The notes: generated by a model not told the origin, from the sequence alone. 64,000 bases of DNA from the human T2T-CHM13v2.0 reference genome, Homo sapiens (GCF_009914755.1 NC_060931.1), one strand, 5' to 3'; positions 1-14,164 are shown, counted from the first letter of the stretch. Translations and numbers: made by a program.

Positions 1-381
1 GGCCTGATAATTACTATATGCCATGAAGAATTTAACTGACTACCGCACAGAAATAAAAGTTCAATATGACTGGTTTTTGTCAATATAGTTGGTTTAAAAA
101 AAAAAAAAAAAAGCCTGTTTTGAGACTTCTACCCCTAAGTTAATTCCGTTCTTCTAAACTCTTGTCCAAATTTGGATTTGAGGGCATAGGTCATACTTAT
201 TAGATATTTCCATATTCTTTCCCATCCACACTTCTAAAGACTGCTGTTGCAAAACAGGTCATTTGATATTTCTGATGAATTCTGTTTCTGTTAGGTCCAT
301 GTCCCTTACTCTAAGGCAGGCAAGGAGGAGACTGGTGGCTCCTTTAACAACATAGCTCTGAAATTACAAAGATTTACGTAC

Positions 382-558
382 CTTCTTAACATCTTCTGCA
401 CTTTGCTTCACAGTATATACTACTTTTTCAATATATTCTGCCTCCCCGGAGTTTTGGGCAGCTTTCCGCTTAAGTTCTTCCACATTCCTCTCTAACTCGC
501 TGATGCGCTGGGACGCGTTGAACAAGGTTTCCTCAGAAGCTGCTGTTTCAGACTCAAT
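382..558 (-). CDS. LAMB1: LAMB1 exon 32 (177 nt), coiled coil
   Basis: Acceptor TTTTAG|ATT; donor AAG|GTACGT; IESETAASEETLFNASQR...AEDVKK (translated by hand). Confidence 0.97.
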
Positions 559-1640
559 CTAAAAGCATGTCAATTTTCCAGCAAGACATTAGTTTAAGAA
601 ATGGAATTACTATGAGTACAAGTTTGGAGGAAGATTTAAAAGTCTGCTGTGCCATTTTGCTCTAGACCAAAAGAAGTAATTACTAAAAAGAATATTTCAG
701 GAAAAGTTACATGAAGTATCTAACTTTAGTCTTTGCTACATTTCATATATTCACTTCATTCTTTCAGTACTTCTGATGATCTAAGCTGAGATTGATGTAA
801 AATTTTTTCTGACAGTAAAAAAAAACAAAAAACCCCACCTCCCCAAGGAGCATGATGTGTTGAGAAAGCATTTTAAGGACACCTGCAAACTTTGGCTAAA
901 GAACATTCACAAATAAGCAGCTGTGCGAAGAGGGATTTCCACATAAATTTCCAACTTAATGTGAGTGGGAAAATAAATGTTAAACTCTAGTAGTGGAGAT
1001 TTCAGCTAATTACTGAAGACATGGAGACTAGGGATGTTCTTTGAATTTCTATAGAATTGTGAGATGATGTATGGTCTGGGAACGTTACAGCTGTAAACTC
1101 TAAATACACAAAGTTATTTAGGGAAAAAAAAATATCTGGGCAACTGGTGAGGATCCACATCTGATCTCCTTTCAAAGTAGAATCAATAAACATTGACTTT
1201 TAAAAGCTAGCCAAAGTAAGCAGTTGAGCCCATGACAAAAGAATCAATTTCACTGAGCACTCAATTTTTCTTTAAAATGATCTTCAAGGATGGGTCTAAT
1301 TACATAGAATTAACTGAATAACAGTACTGCTATAATGAAGTTAATAAGGGTCAGTATAAGACATAGGCTAAAATTTGTAAATATTTCAAACCTAAGGACC
1401 CTTTAATTAGAATAAAATTCTTAGAAATTATAATTCTTAGAAGATAAAGTTTGAGTGAATTGTTTCTGATAAGCTTTCATGAACACAGTTTAGTTAGAGG
1501 TTCTCTTTGTTTCTTATTGTTACTAACCTAAAACACTTCCTGCCCCCTAGGGCCCCTGAAAAACAGAACCCCAATTATTAACTTGCATCATCAAGCCACA
1601 TCTCACCTATAATTATTTTCTAATTTGCTTTTCAGAACAA

Positions 1641-1811
1641 TTTTTTTCAAGAAACAGGGTCTTGCTATATTTCCCAGGCTGGAGTGCAGTGACTGTTTGT
1701 TTACAGGCATGATCATAGTGCACTATAGTCTCAAACTCTTGGCCTTAAGTGATCCTCTCACCTCCACCTCCCAAGTGGCTGGGACTACAGGCACACACTG
1801 CTGCACCTGGC
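1641..1811 (-). mobile_element. FAM-type fossil Alu monomer (7SL-derived)
   Basis: Single monomer that keeps the FAM-type segment CACTATGATCATGCCTGTAAACAAACAGTCACTGCACTCC; near-identical flanking repeats tttcagaacaat / tttcaaaacaat. Confidence 0.8.
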
Positions 1812-2616
1812 TTTCAAAACAATAATTTCTACAGTCACTGACATAATATTCACTAAAATATTAACAGCAAACTGAGAAAATGGAAAAACCTAGAGATCGA
1901 AACATCAAAATATTTATAGTCTGGTGGGAAAACATAATTTTTCTAAACTTGAACAAATAGCCTGAAGAAAAAGTCTTATTGATACTCGAAATTTAAGGAG
2001 GAAAATGGACAGAATTATTGGCCTTCATTTAACTGACAGCAATAGAATAGGGGAACACAGGTTTTTACCAACTAATGGTAAGAAAAGCATGTTGAAAATT
2101 CATCTTCCCAGGTTTTAAACACATGGAGGATTGGCCTGAGAAGGCTGACAATGCTGGGTATGGGAGCATTTAATTTCAAAGTATATTCTGAGAACCTGTA
2201 TAGGGATTAGATAACTCATCAATTTTCTTCATTTTTTAAAAACTCGTAAAATTGGAACGAAAACATTAACTTTCTGAGAAACAAAAGAATTTAATGGAAT
2301 TATGTTTGCATTACTTCTTTTAAGAGATAAAGAGGATTTTTAGAGCAAAGTGCTAGATCCCTATGAAAAATTCGTAATGAGTACTTTTAATATCTGGTAG
2401 TCACAGTATATTCCTTATAAAAAACATTAAGTTTTCCATGCATTCTAAACAGAACAGATTGTTTAGCTATAAGTGCTCTATTAGGTTTCTCTAGAATTGG
2501 GTATTGAAAGCAGACTGACTGTTCTCCCATAGTTTCCAAAACTACTATATAGTAAAATGTTTGATGACCAAAATCTTGAGACATTGGCCTTCTTAACCAG
2601 ATAAGCTGCTTTATAA

Positions 2617-3126
<510 letters not shown>

Positions 3127-3258
3127 TAGTTTAGATTTATTAAAGGAATCCTTTAATGTTGAGTTGTAAGAATTTCTGTTCATAGATAACAAATGTACTT
3201 TTCTGGTAAGTGTATATGTAGGTGTGTTCCCATTCATGTAATGATTGTGTATGCCTAC

Positions 3259-3400
3259 CGAAGTTAGCAGGTTCTGGGTTCCTTGAATGTCTTCATCTGC
3301 TTGTTTAATTGCCTTCTCTGCTGCGACCTGGGCCTTTTCTGCTTCTTCCAGAGCTTCCTTTACCATATCTGCAGTGACTTTAACATCTGTTGCACTTTTG
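3259..3400 (-). CDS. LAMB1: LAMB1 exon 31 (142 nt), coiled coil
   Basis: Acceptor ACTCAG|C; donor TCG|GTAGGC; KSATDVKVTADMV...NLLTS. Confidence 0.98.
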
Positions 3401-3606
3401 CTGAGTAAAAAATAATGAGACAGTATATTGTTGCTGAACATGAAAAAAGTACTCTCAGTGTTCTTTTCTTTAAAGAATAGCCTTCCTGAAATGACCCAGA
3501 GAGACTCGCATAGGTCCTTCTTAGAAGTTTCATTGGTTAAAGAGATACTTTTTACTCCATGATAGATACACAAAATAAGCCCCTTAGATGCCATGTCTTT
3601 AGATAC

Positions 3607-3814
3607 CTTGCTCTTTTAGCTTCTTCTAACAACATCTCAGCTCTGGCAATGTCAGCAGCACTATGCTGAAGAATAACCTCTACTTGAGAAAGGCTTTCAA
3701 CTCGTTCACGTATATCTTCTGTCAAGTTCTGTAACTGCTGTGGGGTGCTAGGCATCTCCATTTTCAATACTTCATTAGCAACTGCTTCAATGCTGTCCAA
3801 ATCAGCACTATCCT
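3607..3814 (-). CDS. LAMB1: LAMB1 exon 30 (208 nt), coiled coil
   Basis: Acceptor TCACAG|AG; donor AAG|GTATCT; DSADLDSIEAVANEVL...EEAKRA. Confidence 0.98.
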
Positions 3815-4614
3815 CTGTGAAAAGCAAAGATGTCCCCAAAAAGAGGTGAAAAGAATAGATGGTTCATTCATTCAACCACTTACTGGTCATCTACTATGGA
3901 CTAGCATGGTGGGGTTACACACCAAGAGACACTAACTTCCTGTTTAAGAGTTTATAATCTATCTGGGATTTTGAGGGGAGATGAGACCTACACACACAAA
4001 AAAGTAACTGCAGACAATTGAGTACTACTAGAATTTGTTTTAGGCTGGGTAGTGAGGGAAACCTTCGTGGAAGATGAGGAGCTGATCAGATTTTAAGGGA
4101 TAATAGAATTTGAAAGAAGAAAGGACAATTCCAGATGGGGAGACAGGAACGGCAGAGTATGTTACGGGAAAGTATAGCAGAGTGAATCTGAACATTGTGG
4201 AAAACCATAGAGGGCCAGAGCTTAAAGCTGAGACTTAAAGGCAATGAAATCTTTTAATTGAGGTTGGACGAATAGCTCAGAAACTTGTGAATGCAGATAT
4301 GGAGATTTGATATTTCCTACAAATGATCTAGATTCAGGAAATTATAGAAAGGGAGAAAATTATAGAAGCAGGAGAACCGGAATAATGGGTTGTCAACAAA
4401 GCCAAGGAGTTTCAAATGTAAAATGTGGAAGATGGTGAAAAAAAAAGTTTATGAAGTTAAGCTTCAAATACGTCAGATCCTCATTTACTTTCAAGCTTTG
4501 CTTATGTTTTAAACTATTGAACATAAAAATGGACCCCAGAGGATTTATTCAAATAAAATATGTACTTGAATGATGGCTTCCATAAAATATTACCTAAGAT
4601 ATCCTTAGCAAATA

Positions 4615-5140
4615 CTGTTGACTCCTTATTAGCCATGCCTTTTTTCTTGCTAACAGAATACTGATTTTTTTTCAGGCACCTGCCTCTAAGTCAGGTAAAA
4701 TTATCAACCCAGCATTAAATATTAGTTTGTGAATTACTGTAATCGCATTTCCATTTTCCAGTGACATTTATGCATTGGCATGTGACTTATTGCTGGCCAG
4801 TGAGGTTTATAAGGATGACTGCTTAAAGGCTTCTAGGGAAGACTTCCTCCTTTTTAAAAAGATGCAAGGAATAGGTGGTCTCTTCTTCCATTATTAATCT
4901 TTATATGATGTCTGGAACTTTGGCAGCTACCTTGTAACCATGAGGAGCTAGAGGACAAAGCTGATATGCTTAAGATGGTAGAGTAGAAAGATGAAAAGTA
5001 TGTGGGTCGCAGACCCAGGAAGCTATCCTGCTACTGGATATCTTATTAAGATGTGAGATAATAAACATCCTTTTTGATTAAGTCCCTTTCACTTGAGAGT
5101 TTTCTGTAATTTGCAGCCAAAACCATCTTTACTGGTAACA
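4615..5140 (+). mobile_element. Old MaLR solo LTR (MLT1I/J/K-like)
   Basis: Typical motifs tgtgact...tggccagtgag, gcagctaccttgtaaccatgagg, gtgagataataaa...ttgcagccaaa; subfamily and ends approximate. Confidence 0.6.
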
Positions 5141-5550
5141 CTTGAACTGTGACTAGCAACACTCTTAACTAACTATAGGTATAATATCCTGTAAATAATA
5201 GAATTACAAAGCTTTGGGGGCAATGCCAAAATAACAAACTCCACTTCTTTAAGGTTAGAAATTACTATACGTAATTTCTAACAAATTCCACGTTCAATTT
5301 TCAATGTAAATATTTGACTTTTGATTGGCTACCTGAGTATCCCATCAGGTGTGTCTGTATCTGCGTAACATTGGAGAAAGTTATTTGATACACATATATA
5401 AGTTTAAGAAGTGGAAACATTTAATATACGGACGTTTTTCTTATTTGGAAATGTCACTTAGTACCCTGACAGAAATGGATTTTATCTAAAATGTAAACAG
5501 AGAATCACACAGAAACAAATGTCTAAAAGTAAAATGAAAAAATTTCTTAC

Positions 5551-5695
5551 GGGTCAAAAAGTTTCTGATTTGCTTGATTAGATTTCTCAGCTCCTCATTG
5601 CTCTTGTCCATTTTTTCTTTGGTAGCATTTGTCTTCAACAGAATGTCTTCAGCACTTTGTTTTGCCTCATCTGCCCTCAGTTTTGCTTCAGAGAC
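5551..5695 (-). CDS. LAMB1: LAMB1 exon 29 (145 nt), coiled coil
   Basis: Acceptor ATTTAG|GTC; donor CCC|GTAAGA; VSEAKLRADEAKQSAEDILL...RNFLT (translated by hand). Confidence 0.97.
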
Positions 5696-6368
5696 CTAAA
5701 TATGAAGAATAAATTACCCAGGGAAGACTTTCATTCTTTCTAAAGGAGACCAGAATATTGGAAATGGCTCAAAAATGATGTTGAAAAACTATGTACTTGG
5801 AATCATATGTCTGGGAAACAACTTTCTCCCATTCAACAAAGTATTGTATCTTACAGACTGCAAGTATTCAGTATAGAGATTCCTAAACAGTATTCTGATA
5901 TAAATAGAACTAGCATTTAAAATTTTTCAAGTTGTTTTTTAACTCCTGGCCTATAAAATAGTCCTGAGTCTTTTTCTCAGGTGCCCACATAAATACTTAA
6001 AAAGTGTGTGTCACTTTAGAAGAATAAATGCTCAATTGCTTAGTATAGAGTTTTTGTCATACAGCTGGATGTATTTATAACCCTGGAGTCAGAAAAGTAA
6101 GATGGCTATCTCAAATTATCCAGTATAAGATTTAAACATCTTGCTCTAAAGCATGTGTTGAGTGAGGAGAAAGCAAATTCTTTATCTGTGAAGAAAATCT
6201 CCCCATCTCTTTCTCTGACCTCACAGAAACATGAACTTTCATATTTGATTGTGATATGCCCTTTTCATTTCAGTTAGCATTTAGAATTGATTTCTCCCTT
6301 TCAGATCCTTTAGTCCACAGCTGAAAGCAAACATACATAACAAAAACTGAGGCCATCCACTGAGTTAC

Positions 6369-6572
6369 CATCTTGGAGAGCTGTTCCACTTCAGCCAGGG
6401 CACTCAGGACATCTTGGTCCAAGTCCATGGCTTTCTGCCAGGCGTTGTGTGCAACAGTAACCAGACCACCACAGCCAGGCCCCCCACACTTCCTCTCTCC
6501 TTCGTCAGTTCTGCAGTTTGGCCCGCCACATTCAGTCTCGGAACAGGAGGCCCCTGGGGGTGTTCCACAGGT
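6369..6572 (-). CDS. LAMB1: LAMB1 exon 28 (204 nt, phase 0-0), beta-knob (domain alpha, 6 Cys) and coiled coil
   Basis: Acceptor TTGCAG|ACC; donor ATG|GTAACT; TCGTPPGASCSETECGGPNC...EQLSKM. Confidence 0.98.
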
Positions 6573-8979
6573 CTGCAACAAGCCAAGGATCAGGCACAAT
6601 ACTTCGGATAGTGAATCTGCTGCAGCAAAACAGCTGTGCAGGGCCTGGGTGGCCCCAGAGAATGTGTAGGTGGTCCTCAGCAAGGGTGCTTGAAAACAGT
6701 GTTTGGGAGACAGAATGGAGAGAGGAGCAGAGAGTTTAGGAGTAAACTAACCTGCTTATTTCCAAGGAAACAATGGAAGTTTACAACTCATCAATATCTT
6801 CTGCCCAAATGAGTTAAAATACTATATGAGCTCTGCCCAGGATGCAAACATCTGCTATATCAAGTTGAATTCTGCCAGTGCAAGGGCCAAGGAATGCCTT
6901 CCTTTTTTTCTAACCAGTTAGAGTTTAAAAAAAAAACCTATTGTGAACCATCTTTGGGACCAGCACCAGCACCATGTTAACTCCTCCAGTAAATATGGTG
7001 ACAGAAAAGATCTATTAACTAGCGTTTTAGTAACTTCCCATCTAGTTAGGACTGGATCATTCCACATAAAATAGCCAAGAATAGGTCAGATGCAGTCACT
7101 ATGAAAGAAAGTAGACAAAGGAGAGACTGCAGAGGAATGCTACAGTTGTAGCTGAAGAAGCTGTTGGCTGGTGGGATTTGAGCAGGGGAAGTGGGAAAAC
7201 ATTCCACAGGTTAAAGAAAACAGTACAAACAAAGGAACAAAGGTAGATGAAGTGTTCCCAAATTACCACCCCCGACTGCCATCACACATGCATAGAGTCC
7301 TCCTTTCTTACCTACCAAAACCTCTCAAAGATCACCACTTGGTCATGGCATACAAATGCAAATTGATAAATTATAATACAAGTGTGCTATATGATAGAAA
7401 AGGCTGAGCAGGGAGAAAATTGCATTTAGAGCTGTTTGTGGAAATTCTCATACTGAAAAGAAGACAAAGATTTACTGCAGTGAAAAGGAGTTAACAGAAT
7501 ATTCCCAAACAAGTATTGTTATTAAAAAGTACAAAAAAGTAGTTTTTAAATAAATACAATCAACTATTTAGCCTAATAATTTTAAGATAATTATAATTCC
7601 ATTATATCTCAAATTACAACTAAATAAGTCATTTATCTGGCTTACAAAAACAAAAAGCTTCAGAAAATAAAGTGTATTCTGCATGCTGTAAAACATGAGT
7701 CTTAAGAACATAAGTGTAAAACCTCGGTTGCTTTCTAAAAACAATCTGACAGCACACATAGAAGATCTGTTTTGTTTCAACAGATGGGGCAGACATGGAA
7801 AAAAAAAAACACAGTATGGCTCTAGCTAAACATCCACAAAGATACAGAACTAGAAGTACCTGAAAAACAAAAGGACAAAACTCTCTCTACACAAGGAAAT
7901 GGCAGTAAAGAACTTACAGAAAGAATTCTCACAGGATCATTAACAAAGACAAAAACACAGTAAGAGAACTGAAGCAGCTGCTAATCCCTAGGTAGTTTAC
8001 CAGGTGGAAAAGCAAGCACAGGGAAGGGCACACATTTGAAAGGCCAGAGGAACCCCGAACCCCACCCACCGCCCATGCATCTCCCTGCCGCCCACGGAGA
8101 TGCCTCCGGTTCAAGACAAAAATCCTTTAGCATGCTTAGCTGTTTCTTGTAGGTCACACAGAACTTGTTTGTGATAACTGATTTTTTTTTTTTAACTACA
8201 ATATGTAAGGAAGGAATCAATGCTGAAGGGAAAGATGGAGAGAATTGGCATTTCATGCTTCATAACTTTGTCTCCTGTTAGCTGCAATTTACACATTGCT
8301 CTAAGCCTTCATTTTTCTTTTTTCTTCATCTTTTATTTTTCCATTTAATAAATGACAGATTATTTGCTCCCTATTTGCTATAAAGTTTCAGAAGATAATG
8401 AGTATGAAACCTAGCAGGCATCAATAAACACTGTCTTATATTGTGACCAATTTTGTCTATTTCAGAGAAAGTGATGAGAGGAGGGAGGAAGCATCACTAA
8501 GACAAAGCTGTAATGAAGTTTGAACTCTTCTGCACCTATGTACCTTCCATCTTTAACTTTCTCTGTGTCTCTGGGCTAAGAGAACACAAACCTTAGTCTA
8601 TAAAAAATACCCTCCAAATTATTTCACATAGGTATCCTTCCTTGAAAACACAGGAAGGAAGAGGAAGAAACAGGCTCAGTTAGGCTTTTTTGGGGCCTTC
8701 TGCCTGATTTTCATTAAACTCACAACCCAATTTCATTTGGCTCCAGAGTTCCTTTTTAAAAGCTTCTGGGAAATGAATCTACTTTCTAGGCTGGTTTCAG
8801 GGTTAATCTTCACCAGGTAAAGTTACTGGAACAAAGGAACATAATAGCTAATACCCGTGAAAAAATTCTTTTGCTCCCTTTAATTTTTAATGGAAGCCCC
8901 TTCTAGAATGATTCTGAATTCCTACACTGAGATGGGTTTTATAATTCAAATCAGAACAAACTAAAAAAGGAATGTCCAA

Positions 8980-9260
8980 GCTGGGTGTGGTGGCACATGC
9001 CTGTCATCTCAGCTACTCAGGAGGGTGAGGTGGGAAGATCGCTTCAGCCTAGGAGTTTGAGGTCAGCCTGGGCAACGTAGTGAGACTCCATCTCTTTAAA
9101 AAAAAAAAAAAAGCGGGGGTGGGGGTGGGCTGGGGTGTTAGCCTGTAATCCCAGCACTTTGGGAGGAGGCTGAGGTGAGAGGAGGATTGCTGGAGACCCG
9201 GAGTTCAAGACTAGCCTGAGCAATGTAGTGAGACCCTGTCTCTACTTAGGAAAAAAAATA
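8980..9260 (+). mobile_element. Two tandem free left Alu monomers (FLAM-like)
   Basis: Two ~130-bp monomers (8980-9112 and ~9113-9260), each with an A-rich tail and no right-arm insert. Confidence 0.85.
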
Positions 9261-9593
9261 TTAAAGAAATGTCCACAGTGTAAAAAGGATCAAGTTTCAG
9301 TGCAGTGTCACTGAGTAGCTAAAACAGTATGGGAGAATAGTCATGATTCATTCTTTAGTTGAGGACCACAGAGAAACAGAAGAGGGGAAGGCTGGAAACC
9401 CATATGCTGCTGCTTTTAATCTGTCTTGGTTACAGATACCCCATTCCAGGATCCAGAGACCTCAGCCTAGGAGTTTCAGTCCTGCTGATTCATTTGCAAA
9501 TTATTGTAATAATGACAAAAGATGGTTTGTTTTTCTTTGTTTTTTTTTTTTTGCTTGGCACCATAGCAGTAAGGCCACATCCCCAAACCTTAC

Positions 9594-9835
9594 CATTTCG
9601 GCAGCGGCTGAAAGGTCTAGGCTTTGTAGCTTGCCTGCCAGTTCATCAAGGAGGCGAGCCTGCTCCTCTTGTTTTTCCTTGAACTGGGATTCTCGCTCCA
9701 TCATCACGTCTTCTACTCTGTCTCTCATGAGGGCTGACTGCTCCACAGTGCTGTTGGGTTCTGTGGTGGAGGCATTCACCCTCTCCTCTGCCTCAAGAGA
9801 CATCTGGAAATACTTGGTAATGCTATCCAAGGCAC
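9594..9835 (-). CDS. LAMB1: LAMB1 exon 27 (242 nt), coiled coil
   Basis: Acceptor CCCTAG|GT; donor ATG|GTAAGG; ALDSITKYFQMS...SAAAEM. Confidence 0.98.
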
Positions 9836-10202
9836 CTAGGGTAGGAAATGAAATTGCCCACAGTTAACCTCATCATACTAGGCTTCCTCCCCAAGCAGTG
9901 TCTATATTTGGTGTCTTCGGGTCCTAAATTTACTGTAAAGTTTTAAAATTCAAGAAAAAATATTTATGAAGTACAGTTTTCATGAGCAATGAATATGTTT
10001 TGTCCCATTAGCACCTACTCCAGCTCGAGTATGGCAAACATCTGGGTGAAAAATGAAAAATTAAGAAAATCATGCAATCTTGTTTCTATACACAAGCAAA
10101 CATCCAGTTCTTTATAAATAGCTGGTTTCAGGCAGCCTGAAGATTATATGACTAGATGACTTTTCTCAATCCTTTATTCGGATCCACTCAAATGACTAAT
10201 AT

Positions 10203-10720
10203 AGTAGCCCTCCATATTTGTAGGTTCCACATATGTGGATTCAACCAACTGTGGATGGAAAGCATTTGGAAAAAATGGTTGTATCTGTACTGAATGTGTA
10301 CAGACTTTTTTCTTGCCATTATTTCCTAAACAATAAAGTATAACAACTATTTACATAGCATTTACATTGTATTAGGTATTGTAAGTAATCTACAGATTAC
10401 TTTTAAATATACTGAAGGGAAAAAAAGAAAAAAGTAAAGCTGGGTGTGGTGGTTCACCTCTATAATCTCAGCTATTCAGAAGTCTGAGACGGGAGGATCA
10501 CTTGAGTCCAGGAGTTCAAGACCAGCCTGAGCAGCATAGCAAGAGCCCATCTCTTAAAGAAAGAAAGAAAGAGAGAGAGAGAAAAAGAAAGAAGTATATA
10601 GGAGGATATGCATAGGTTATATGCAAGTGCCATTTTATATAACGGACTTGACCACCTGTGGATTTTGGTTTCTGCAGTGGGTCCTGGAACCAATCCCCCA
10701 TGGATACCAAGGGATGACGG
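10203..10720. mobile_element. MER2 (TcMar-Tigger MITE) interrupted by a FLAM monomer at ~10439-10592
   Basis: MER2 motifs gattcaaccaac...ttacatagcatttacattgtattagg and ggtcctggaaccaatccccc...ataccaagggatgac; the inserted monomer has an (AAAG)/(AG) tail. Confidence 0.85.
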
Positions 10721-11269
10721 TATTATATATAACAGCATGACATGTTTTTAGCTTTAGTCCAAAAGCAATCATGCATAAAACAGTATGGATAGTTGGACAG
10801 TATGATGTAACATATTTCTACATTCACTTTTTGCTGAGGATCCTTTACAGTCTATGATATAAATAATGATTTGCAAAAGTTTTTTTCTGACCAAGCAGCA
10901 TTCTTGAATGTGAAAGGATTTGCAGAAGTATTAATACCTTAACTATTCAAAAGAACCCCCTTCCAAGAAAAGGCCAGGGGATTAAACTACTAACTGGAGG
11001 GAAAAAAAAAAATCAGGAAATGGATACCATTCTGATACAACTACTGCCATTCACTCTGTGGGACCTTTGCTATGTCTCTTAGGTTCTCTGTGCCCAAGTC
11101 CCACATTTGTAAAATGGGGACTTTGATCCTCATTTGTGCCAGAAACTGGATGAGCAAAAGTTTTAAAATTTATTAGAAAACTTTTTTCTTCCCCAAAAGT
11201 GCTATATTAAAACGTTAGACATATCGTTAAATCCATTGTCTGGGACTATTTGCACCAAAAAATGCTCAC

Positions 11270-11454
11270 CCCGAATATCTGAGTTTTTGATAAATTCCAG
11301 TTGTTCAGCAAGTTCTTTCACAGTGTTGTCTAGGCTTTCGGCTTCTGTCTGTAGAGAATCCAGTTCTTTGGCTGTGCTGTTGCTTTGGGAAGTTGTGTCA
11401 GATAATTTCACTTCTACTTGAGCCATCATTTCTGTAACATCTTTAATCAGTTTC
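11270..11454 (-). CDS. LAMB1: LAMB1 exon 26 (185 nt), coiled coil
   Basis: Acceptor TTACAG|G; donor GGG|GTGAGC; KLIKDVTEMMAQVEV...NSDIR. Confidence 0.98.
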
Positions 11455-14164
11455 CTGTAAAGAGAAAGTTAAGCTTACTTACATAAAATAAACCCAAGGG
11501 AGAACTTTCACGTTTCATATTTTCTACTAGTACTGTATCCATTACTAATTTCAAACCAATTCAGTAATTTGTAACATTTCATCCCTAAGTGCTAGTTTTA
11601 TTTTCCTTATAACAGATAGTATTAAATCTAACAATTTTTCTTTGTTCAATGACTTTTGAGAGAAACACAGAAGTACCACTCAGCTGAGTTGTGGCAGACA
11701 AGCCATTTAAGGGATTCCAAATTTCTGCTGTAAGATGAGCACAGGTCAGAGTGTGGAGTTCTGGCTCTATTCACAGGCAGCTTCAAGCCCTTACAATTGT
11801 GAAAACTGAAGACATAAATGACTCCAGTTATACAATTAGGCCTCCCAGCCACAAGCCCAAAACATTCTTCCCTAAGCCTCAGGGATCTCCTTCAAGATGG
11901 AACATGCAGAGGGGAAGCCCTATAGCCTGCCACAAAGACAACAGGAGCCACCAGTATCAGCTTTCATACACTCCTCTCTTCCGTCAGAGGGGCCTCCTTC
12001 TACCAACAGCCTTTTTATTTTTTATAAGAAAATAGCATCTACTAAGAATGAAATAAGAAGATTTAGCTTTCACAGTATTTAATTTGGAATCTAAACTGCA
12101 TTTTGTTCTGTACTTTCAAACCTACAAAGCCGTACTTTTGACATCTATTTGTATATTATTGTGTACATAGTGTGGATATGGGTGTGTGTGTGCACATGCG
12201 AGTGTGCTCCAGGTGGGTGTGGGTAGGGTTGTATGTGTATTGTAAAGAAAGTAATATTTGAGCAGATTTTACCTCTGGGTATTACTGGTTCACCTAATTG
12301 AATGTAATTGTCTTCTTGGCGATATAATAGTATAAAAAACCAGGAAAATGTAAAGATGCTGAAAGGTTGGGAGCCATTAGAAAAATGATATGTAAGGCTG
12401 AGATAAAACTATAACCCAACTCAAAGAAAAAGTACTTAAAGGGATGGTTTAAAATGGTAGATTAAATTACATTTCAGTGCCTTTTTTTCCTGAGGCTAAT
12501 ATACATAGTTTCTTTTTTCAGTGCTTTGCTTTTATTAATTATATGACTCACAGAAGGCTTTCATTTCTTCTCAGGTCTCATAAAATGATACAATTTTTTT
12601 AAAACAAGCAAATCTAACATCGTATTTTAAAATAAGGCCACTTTGGTTCCTAAAACATGTATCCTTGGATAGTATGTTGAAAAAAAAGAGTAATGGAACT
12701 AGTTTTCCTGTGATTATTACAATCTGTCTAGTTAAATGAATAGTGACGGTAGAAACAGAGCTGTTTTGGGAATGTAATCTCTCTTCTGGCAGGCTCTCAA
12801 AGGACACCAGATTTTTTTCTTCCTCCCAGAGATGCCTAAGACCCAGGCCAAGGATCATTTCCTAAATGGGCTTGCATTCGGACCACGGCCTGCCAAAACT
12901 GTGATCTCTGCACATTAGGAGGCTTAGTCTTTTCAGTGAGGTAAAATGCCTCACTAAATGCATTGTCACTCTACATCAGACGTTTCCTAACACTCTGGCC
13001 AGCTACATGGTCTTGGGCATAAAACCCAAGGCTTGACATCAAGGTCCAGTTACTTTAAATCTAGGTCTAGGAAGGACCTCCTTCAAGTCGCTTGAGCTAA
13101 TGTCAGCTGTCCTCTGCTACTCATGCCTGGTATGAGATGAAAAGTCCCTCTGGCTTCTTAAAGGTGCTGATTAAAGTCTCATCACACACAAAAAATGTTA
13201 CTGTCATTTCGTCATATAAACACCTCAGTGTGCAGGATTTAACTGTGAAGCAGTCCCCTCAGGCCTAGATGGTGAGTCTGCAGTGAAAAAACCATAGCAT
13301 CTAGGGAAGCACAGATGCCTCATACCCTTTTCTGTTTTTGTCCTTTAGCACTTAGGTCTTATTGTGCTGTTTTGGGGGTTCCTTTTTGGCAAAAGGAGTT
13401 GGGATGTTTAGGGGCAAGAGAGGGGAGGTAGGAGAAAGGGTAGATAAATGATCCTTGAGAAGGTCAATTCTCTAGGCTTCCACTAACAAACACTGTCCAA
13501 TCAGAGGGAAGATTACCTAGAGAAGGGGTGGGATGAGGACTTTTCAGCATAGAGCAGCTGTTATAACTAGATGAATGAAGCACTGGTCTGGTGGACTAAT
13601 GGCGGAGAAGCAGAAAAAACTTGAAGTAAGCAGTCTTATTTTGAGGTAATGGAATTTCCCCCATAGTAGCAATACTTAATTTATAATTTTCTGCAATCCT
13701 GTTGTTATTTTATATATAAATCCTTTCATTACTTCATAAGGTAATGGCATATATTATCCTACCCCTTCTCCACAGGAGAGAAAATACAGGCTCAGGAATT
13801 GAGTCATCCAAGTTCACAAGCCTAGCATCAGAGCCAAGACTCAATTATGGATCTTTGTCTTCTAAATCCAGCATTCCTCCCATTTTACTGACTTAGAACA
13901 TGATTTGCAAGGAGGAGCACTGAATATAATGCTTGCATATTCTGTACTGCAGCCTCCAGAAGGCTGGTCCCCACTGATGTGCCAACGTTCACTCACCCAA
14001 ATGCCCAGTCAAGACTGCTGGAAAATAAATGGCTCAGAATCTGTTCTCACCCACAGGACTAACAAAACCTCCTGATGGAAGCACCATGCCAGGAAATCTT
14101 TGCTGTTAACTCACAATATTTTTTCAGCTTTATGAGTAATTCCTCTGGCTCATTAACTACTTAC

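Noticed and set aside
6573-6683. Open frame upstream of exon 28 with a CAGCAG acceptor near 6617-6621
   Set aside because: Those AGs are out of phase with exon 27 (44 or 47 extra nt), so they cannot extend the beta-knob in frame.
9343-9867. 174-aa plus-strand ORF and similar antisense ORFs over exons 8, 10, 18, 22, 23, 25, 26 and 28
   Set aside because: Antisense shadows of LAMB1 coding exons with no independent gene structure.
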